Positions 47,052 to 51,466 of a DNA stretch of 51,466 bases are shown here, piece by piece. The DNA lies in IMG/VR virus record IMGVR_UViG_2585427971_000010. One strand, 5' to 3'. The notes beneath the pieces are model-generated. The model was not told the DNA's origin and did not search any database. It was given only the letters and a program-made list of their open reading frames with translations. The stretch's first letter is position 1. Each line of letters opens with the position of its first letter. The translations under genes and the position numbers were made by a program. This DNA is from a virus. Lineage: Duplodnaviria; Heunggongvirae; Uroviricota; Caudoviricetes.

Positions 47052-47564
47052 ATGGCAGATAGTAACACCTATCGTGCATTTGCGTTGTTCGTCCAGGGAG
47101 AACGAGTTTTAAATTGCACTGAATACACTCCCGTCGATATGAAAATAATCGAAGATGATTTTAAGACGGGCGCTATGGATACAGCTATCACTCTGGACGG
47201 GGGAATGGAGAAAATGTCAGCCAGTTTTAAAGTCTCTGGCTCCGATTCTGGTGTGATGGGGTATTTGGGATTAATACCAGGTGCTAAAACAAGGTTCGAA
47301 ATTCGAAGTGCATATACTGACAATTACGGTGTCAATTTTGAACGTATTGATACATATGAGGGGCTTATTACGGCGATTACTGATGACGCGCAGGGGACTG
47401 ATTCAAAATCAGCAGTTGGGCAATCAGTAACGATTGCGCCGAGCTATTATAAACGAGTTCAAAATGGAAAAATTATTTACGAGATTCATCCTGCAAAAAT
47501 GAAACGAGTAATTAATGGTGTTGACGTTCTTGCGGGCGTTGCTCGTATTCTCCATGTATATTAA
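47052..47564 (+). CDS. tail tube protein (P2 FII-like)
   Basis: 170 aa directly after sheath; C-terminal VINGVDVL pattern. Confidence 0.65.
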   Translation: MADSNTYRAFALFVQGERVLNCTEYTPVDMKIIEDDFKTGAMDTAITLDGGMEKMSASFKVSGSDSGVMGYLGLIPGAKTRFEIRSAYTDNYGVNFERIDTYEGLITAITDDAQGTDSKSAVGQSVTIAPSYYKRVQNGKIIYEIHPAKMKRVINGVDVLAGVARILHVY

Positions 47565-47576
47565 AAGGCAAATAAA

Positions 47577-47858
47577 ATGGAATCATTATTAGACAGTATG
47601 ACTATTACGCTCTCTCGCCCGTTTATTATTAAGGGGGAGAGCCGCGATACAATTACTATTCGCGAACCAAAATTACGCGACCGCATTATGTTCAGTAACG
47701 ATAAAAGTGGTCTTGAAGAGCGGACAGCGACAATGCTGGCGCGCCTGGCAAATCTGGAGCGTGAGGATTTATATGCACTGCCTGCGTGCGATTACGATCA
47801 AATGGAGGCCGCATTTAACGAACTGGTAAAGCCTCCGAAAGACCGACATCAGATATAG
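47577..47858 (+). CDS. tail assembly chaperone (P2 gpE-like), with -1 frame extension (E+E') reaching about 47989
   Basis: 93-aa ORF before the tape measure gene; an open -1 frame (about 47813-47989) encodes a conserved-looking extension. Confidence 0.5.
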   Translation: MESLLDSMTITLSRPFIIKGESRDTITIREPKLRDRIMFSNDKSGLEERTATMLARLANLEREDLYALPACDYDQMEAAFNELVKPPKDRHQI

Positions 47859-47966
47859 TTATTCTGATTCCGTTTATTGCGAAAAAACTTGCCATCCCGC
47901 CCGATACGCAAATGGACCTGCCGTACCGGGTTTTTAATTTCTATGTAAACGAGGTCATGAAAATCG

Positions 47967-49607
47967 ATGGCTATTTCTCAAAACTTTAAAACGCAGGTTG
48001 TATTCGGTGGGCGAATAGACCCGTCGTTTCGTCGCGGTACAACAGAACTCAATGATGCGATTCGGCAGACGTCGTCTACTGTCGGGAAATTAACGAAAAG
48101 TCAGGATAAATTAAAAGACAAAATCGCAGCAATGAAACTGGCAGGTAAAGACGTTTCTGATTTATCTGCTCAGTATCAAAAGCTGGACCGTCGAATAAAA
48201 GCGACAACGCAGGACCAGGAGGCGCTGAATACTCAACTTGCTAAAAAACAGCGGCTGGAGAAGTGGACGGGTCGCGCAAAAGGAGCTGCAAAATGGGGCG
48301 GACGAGCCGCCGCAGGTGCGGTGAGGGCTACGGGGCGGGGTATCAAATGGGGGACACTTGGCGCGGCAGGGCTCATTGGCGGTGCTGCAGCTGGTGCGCT
48401 GGCAATGAATGCAGAGACGTCAGAAAAACTCGGTCTGGCGAAGTCCTACGGCGTTGGCGTCGAAAAATACGCTGCGTGGGAAAATATTGGTAAAGCCGCG
48501 GGCCTGAACGGCGAAAATATCGGGGATTTGTCTGAAGAACTTACAAATAAAATCGGCGAAATCGGAAACGAAAAAAGCCTGAATCCCATGTTATTTCAAA
48601 TTGGCCTGACGAAAAAACGAATGGCTGGCTGGGATCGGGAAAAACAGTTTAATGAGGTTATGCGTCGCATCTCTGAAATGAAAGATGAGAAGCAAGCGGC
48701 GAGCCTCGCTGACCAGCTCATGGGGGGCGAGGCTAATAAGATCATGACGTATATGAAGGCGACGGGTAAAAGCTGGGAACAGACAATGTCTGACGCGCAA
48801 AAGTCGAATTTGTTAACAAAAGAGGGTGCGGAAGGGGCGGCGCGTGCGCATGTATCAGTGACAAATCTGTGGGGCTCTATTACGTCGGGACTTGCAGATA
48901 CACTCGGTAAAATCGGGGGGGAACTCGCGCCGACGTTTGACTCAGTACGTGAAACATTTACATCCTGGTTTAAGGATAATCAGGGTGGTTTTGTCAGCAC
49001 AATTACTGAGTGGGTAAAACCAGAAAATATGAAAAAAATGTGGGATGGCATCGTCAATTTTGGAGAAGGTTGCGTCAAATTCGGGAAGATTATATGGGCT
49101 GTCGTAAAGAAACTGGAGTGGCTTATTCCGGATGAAAAATCAGATGAAGAACAGAAAACTTATAATGACGAATATAATCGGGCATATCAAGAGTTTATGG
49201 ATTCGGGAGGTAAATATTCACCGAACGCTGGATTGACTGCTGATAATATTGCGAAGGCAAAAGCCGAAGAGGCTGTCGAAAATATGCGGCATCCAGAACG
49301 GCAAGAACAGGCAAAATCTCAGGCAGAATCAATGCTCGCGTTTGTTAATCCATTATCCGGGATGGTAAATAAAAATACCGCGCCTGCAGCACTGGATTCG
49401 TCGACGTTAAATATTGATACGTTGAAGCAGGCAGTCTCGACACCTGCGCCGGAGCAAAACAATAAAATCGAAATCAATATTGTCGGTGCGACAGATCCGC
49501 AGTCAATACAACAATCTGCAGCGTCGGGGGTGCTCGATGGACTGAGACAGGCTGCGAGTTCGTACAATCGTGGCGCGATGTTTGATAAACCAGCTGCGGC
49601 GGGGTGA
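47967..49607 (+). CDS. tail tape measure protein
   Basis: 546 aa, alpha-helical, Gly/Ala-rich internal segments; position between chaperone and gpU. Confidence 0.7.
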   Translation: MAISQNFKTQVVFGGRIDPSFRRGTTELNDAIRQTSSTVGKLTKSQDKLKDKIAAMKLAGKDVSDLSAQYQKLDRRIKATTQDQEALNTQLAKKQRLEKWTGRAKGAAKWGGRAAAGAVRATGRGIKWGTLGAAGLIGGAAAGALAMNAETSEKLGLAKSYGVGVEKYAAWENIGKAAGLNGENIGDLSEELTNKIGEIGNEKSLNPMLFQIGLTKKRMAGWDREKQFNEVMRRISEMKDEKQAASLADQLMGGEANKIMTYMKATGKSWEQTMSDAQKSNLLTKEGAEGAARAHVSVTNLWGSITSGLADTLGKIGGELAPTFDSVRETFTSWFKDNQGGFVSTITEWVKPENMKKMWDGIVNFGEGCVKFGKIIWAVVKKLEWLIPDEKSDEEQKTYNDEYNRAYQEFMDSGGKYSPNAGLTADNIAKAKAEEAVENMRHPERQEQAKSQAESMLAFVNPLSGMVNKNTAPAALDSSTLNIDTLKQAVSTPAPEQNNKIEINIVGATDPQSIQQSAASGVLDGLRQAASSYNRGAMFDKPAAAG

Positions 49608-50032
49608 CAATGAGTGATGCAATAAACGGTGCTGAGGATATCATGCTCGGCCTGGGTGATTTCATTTTTGCTATATCAACAGTAGCGTACAACAAACTGC
49701 AACGTAGTGACGCCTGGCGCTGGGCTCAGCAAACACGATTCGGGAAAAACGACGCGTTGCAGATAACCGGACGACCGAACCCCACAATTACTATCGATGG
49801 AAAGATAAACGCTTTATTTCTTGACGGGTGCGGCGTCGGCCTGTTGACAGATTTGCGAGCGCTCGGGAACACGGGAGAACCCCAGCAGCTAGTGCTGGGG
49901 ACCGGGGAGGTGAAAGGGTACTGGGTGCTGCGAGAACTAACTGAAACGCAAAACAGCTTTTTGATGGGCGGAACACCTAAATCGCAGGACTTTTCACTCA
50001 CGCTCGAATATTATGGAGCTTCGCTAGATTAA
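49604..50032 (+). CDS. tail protein U (P2 gpU-like)
   Basis: 142 aa with gpU-like pattern. Confidence 0.6.
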   Translation: MTMSDAINGAEDIMLGLGDFIFAISTVAYNKLQRSDAWRWAQQTRFGKNDALQITGRPNPTITIDGKINALFLDGCGVGLLTDLRALGNTGEPQQLVLGTGEVKGYWVLRELTETQNSFLMGGTPKSQDFSLTLEYYGASLD

Positions 50033-50205
50033 TACAAAATCAAGCGCTACCAGAGCACTTAACAAGTATAAAAATAATAAAAAAAACTACGAACATAAAT
50101 GTAAAACAACCTGATGGTATTTTTTTTGACGCCGAAATACTAATACCTCTCCGACTACTAAAATTAATTCTCATTATGAAATCCTTTTAATTAATGGGGC
50201 CCCAA

Positions 50206-50418
50206 ATGATTACATACACTACACGGGACGGTGACCGTCTCGATCAGATCTGCCTTGCGGTCTACGGGAGAGCGTCAAAAACGACAGAGACTGTTTTATA
50301 TCAGGTTTCGAATTACGGCGTAACGGATATGTGTGCCGTGTTTCGTGCTGGAGAAAAAATTGTTTTACCAGATATCGAACCAGAGCCGGTTAAAAAAGAA
50401 ACGCAATTATGGGATTGA
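50206..50418 (+). CDS. tail protein X (P2 gpX-like, LysM-like)
   Basis: Internal Met (MITYTTRDGDRLDQICLAVYG…), small LysM-like protein preceding gpD. Confidence 0.55.
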   Translation: MITYTTRDGDRLDQICLAVYGRASKTTETVLYQVSNYGVTDMCAVFRAGEKIVLPDIEPEPVKKETQLWD

Positions 50419-50421
50419 TGA

Positions 50422-51466
50422 ATGAGTGATTACGTAAATACTGGCGTGGAGGCGTGGAAACCTAATTTTTATATATCTGCTGATAATAAAAACATCACGG
50501 ATAAAATAAGAAAAGGTTTGATCAATATCACGCTGACAGATTACGGCGGCTCCAGTAAACAGACAGACGAACTCCGCGTAGCAATAGTTTCTGAAACTCT
50601 GAAAATTCCGGCCCGCGGAGTAAAAATCAGTATTGGGCTCGGTTTCGGTAATCAGATAATTGATAAAGGGATATACATCGTTGACGGTGCTAGCAGTGGC
50701 GGTGAACCCCGGGTAGTTGATTTCACAGCAAAAGCGGCTCCGATGAACGCAGCAAAAGGATCTCCGACAGTTCAGAGCAAAAAGACTCGTTCCTGGAGCG
50801 ACGTCACTGTCAGCGATATCGTTGCGACAATAGCGAGCGATAATGGGCTAAAACCACGCGTATCAAAGCGGTTTGCAGACAATGTTATCACGCAACTCGA
50901 TCAGGCCGGCGAGTCAGATATGCACCTGATGTCGCGGCTCGCAACGAGATTCGATGCGGTGAGTAAACCCGCGGGCGGGTACTGGATATTCCTGCCGCGC
51001 GGCGCGGGCGAATCTGTTAGCGGTGCTCCGCTCCAGCACTACACGCTAACTCGTCGTGATAACTCCAGCTGGGGCTATTCGAGAAATGGACAAAGTGGCG
51101 ATAGTGGTAGCGGTGGCGAAAATCCGGAACCGACGTATCTGATTAAATATCACGACACAGCAACTGGGCAGATCAAAGAATTGCGGACAAGGTAGTGGCG
51201 GCGATCCTGTCATTGAATGGCCGGCAGTTGAGCCGTCGCTCGACGCAGCGAAAGAAGCTGCACCAGGGCTCAAGGGCGGTGCAGCTAAAAAAGAGTTCTC
51301 TATGACGTACACGACGCCAGCGACGCTCGATTTAGTGTCGCTGACAGCAGAATGCAAAGTCACAACTCAAGGTTTCGGGACCGAGGAGGACCGGGACTGG
51401 ACTATCAACACACTGAGTCTGACGCTCGCTGAAAACGGTTTTTCGGTTCGGCTGTCTCTGGAGTAA
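50422..51466 (+). CDS. tail protein D (P2 gpD-like late control D), apparently frameshifted near 51140-51195
   Basis: 257-aa ORF with gpD-like N-terminal region stops at 51195; the gpD-like C-terminus (…TLSLTLAENGFSVRLSLE*) continues in the +1 frame to the window end. Confidence 0.55.

Overview
This 51.5-kb window is almost entirely prophage DNA and looks like a mosaic of at least two temperate phages, plus an accessory island. (1) Positions 1-6000, minus strand: the late module of a Mu-like transposable phage (portal, terminase large and small subunits, then a lysis cassette with holin-like protein, transglycosylase endolysin and an embedded Rz/Rz1-type spanin pair). (2) Positions 6100-17070: a Mu-like early module (XRE-type repressor transcribed divergently from a small Cro/Ner-like regulator, DDE transposase, MuB-like AAA+ ATPase, Gam, GemA, Mor/C-family activator) with small accessory genes; it is inverted relative to the late module compared with canonical Mu order. 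(3) Positions 17230-22020: a lambdoid replication and nin-like region (initiator, DnaB-type helicase, small proteins, antirepressor-like protein). (4) Positions 22050-28450: a low-GC accessory island bounded by 66-bp direct repeats, carrying a lipoprotein, an orphan membrane protein, and an ImmA/IrrE-like metallopeptidase paired with a membrane-anchored protein. (5) Positions 28490-51466: Q antiterminator, lysis genes, a lambda-like packaging and head module (gpA, W, B, C, D, E, FI, FII homologues) joined to a P2-like contractile tail module. Three genes carry apparent inactivating lesions (Mu-like portal frameshift, in-frame TGA in gam, frameshift in tail protein D), consistent with a decaying prophage or local sequencing errors. 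No rRNA, tRNA or CRISPR array was recognised. All identifications rest on reading the translated ORFs and motifs from memory, with no database search. The supplied ORF track reports the longest ORF and accepts GTG/TTG starts, so several starts were moved to internal ATGs; coordinates derived from the raw sequence (hairpins, repeats) are approximate to within 1-2 nt.
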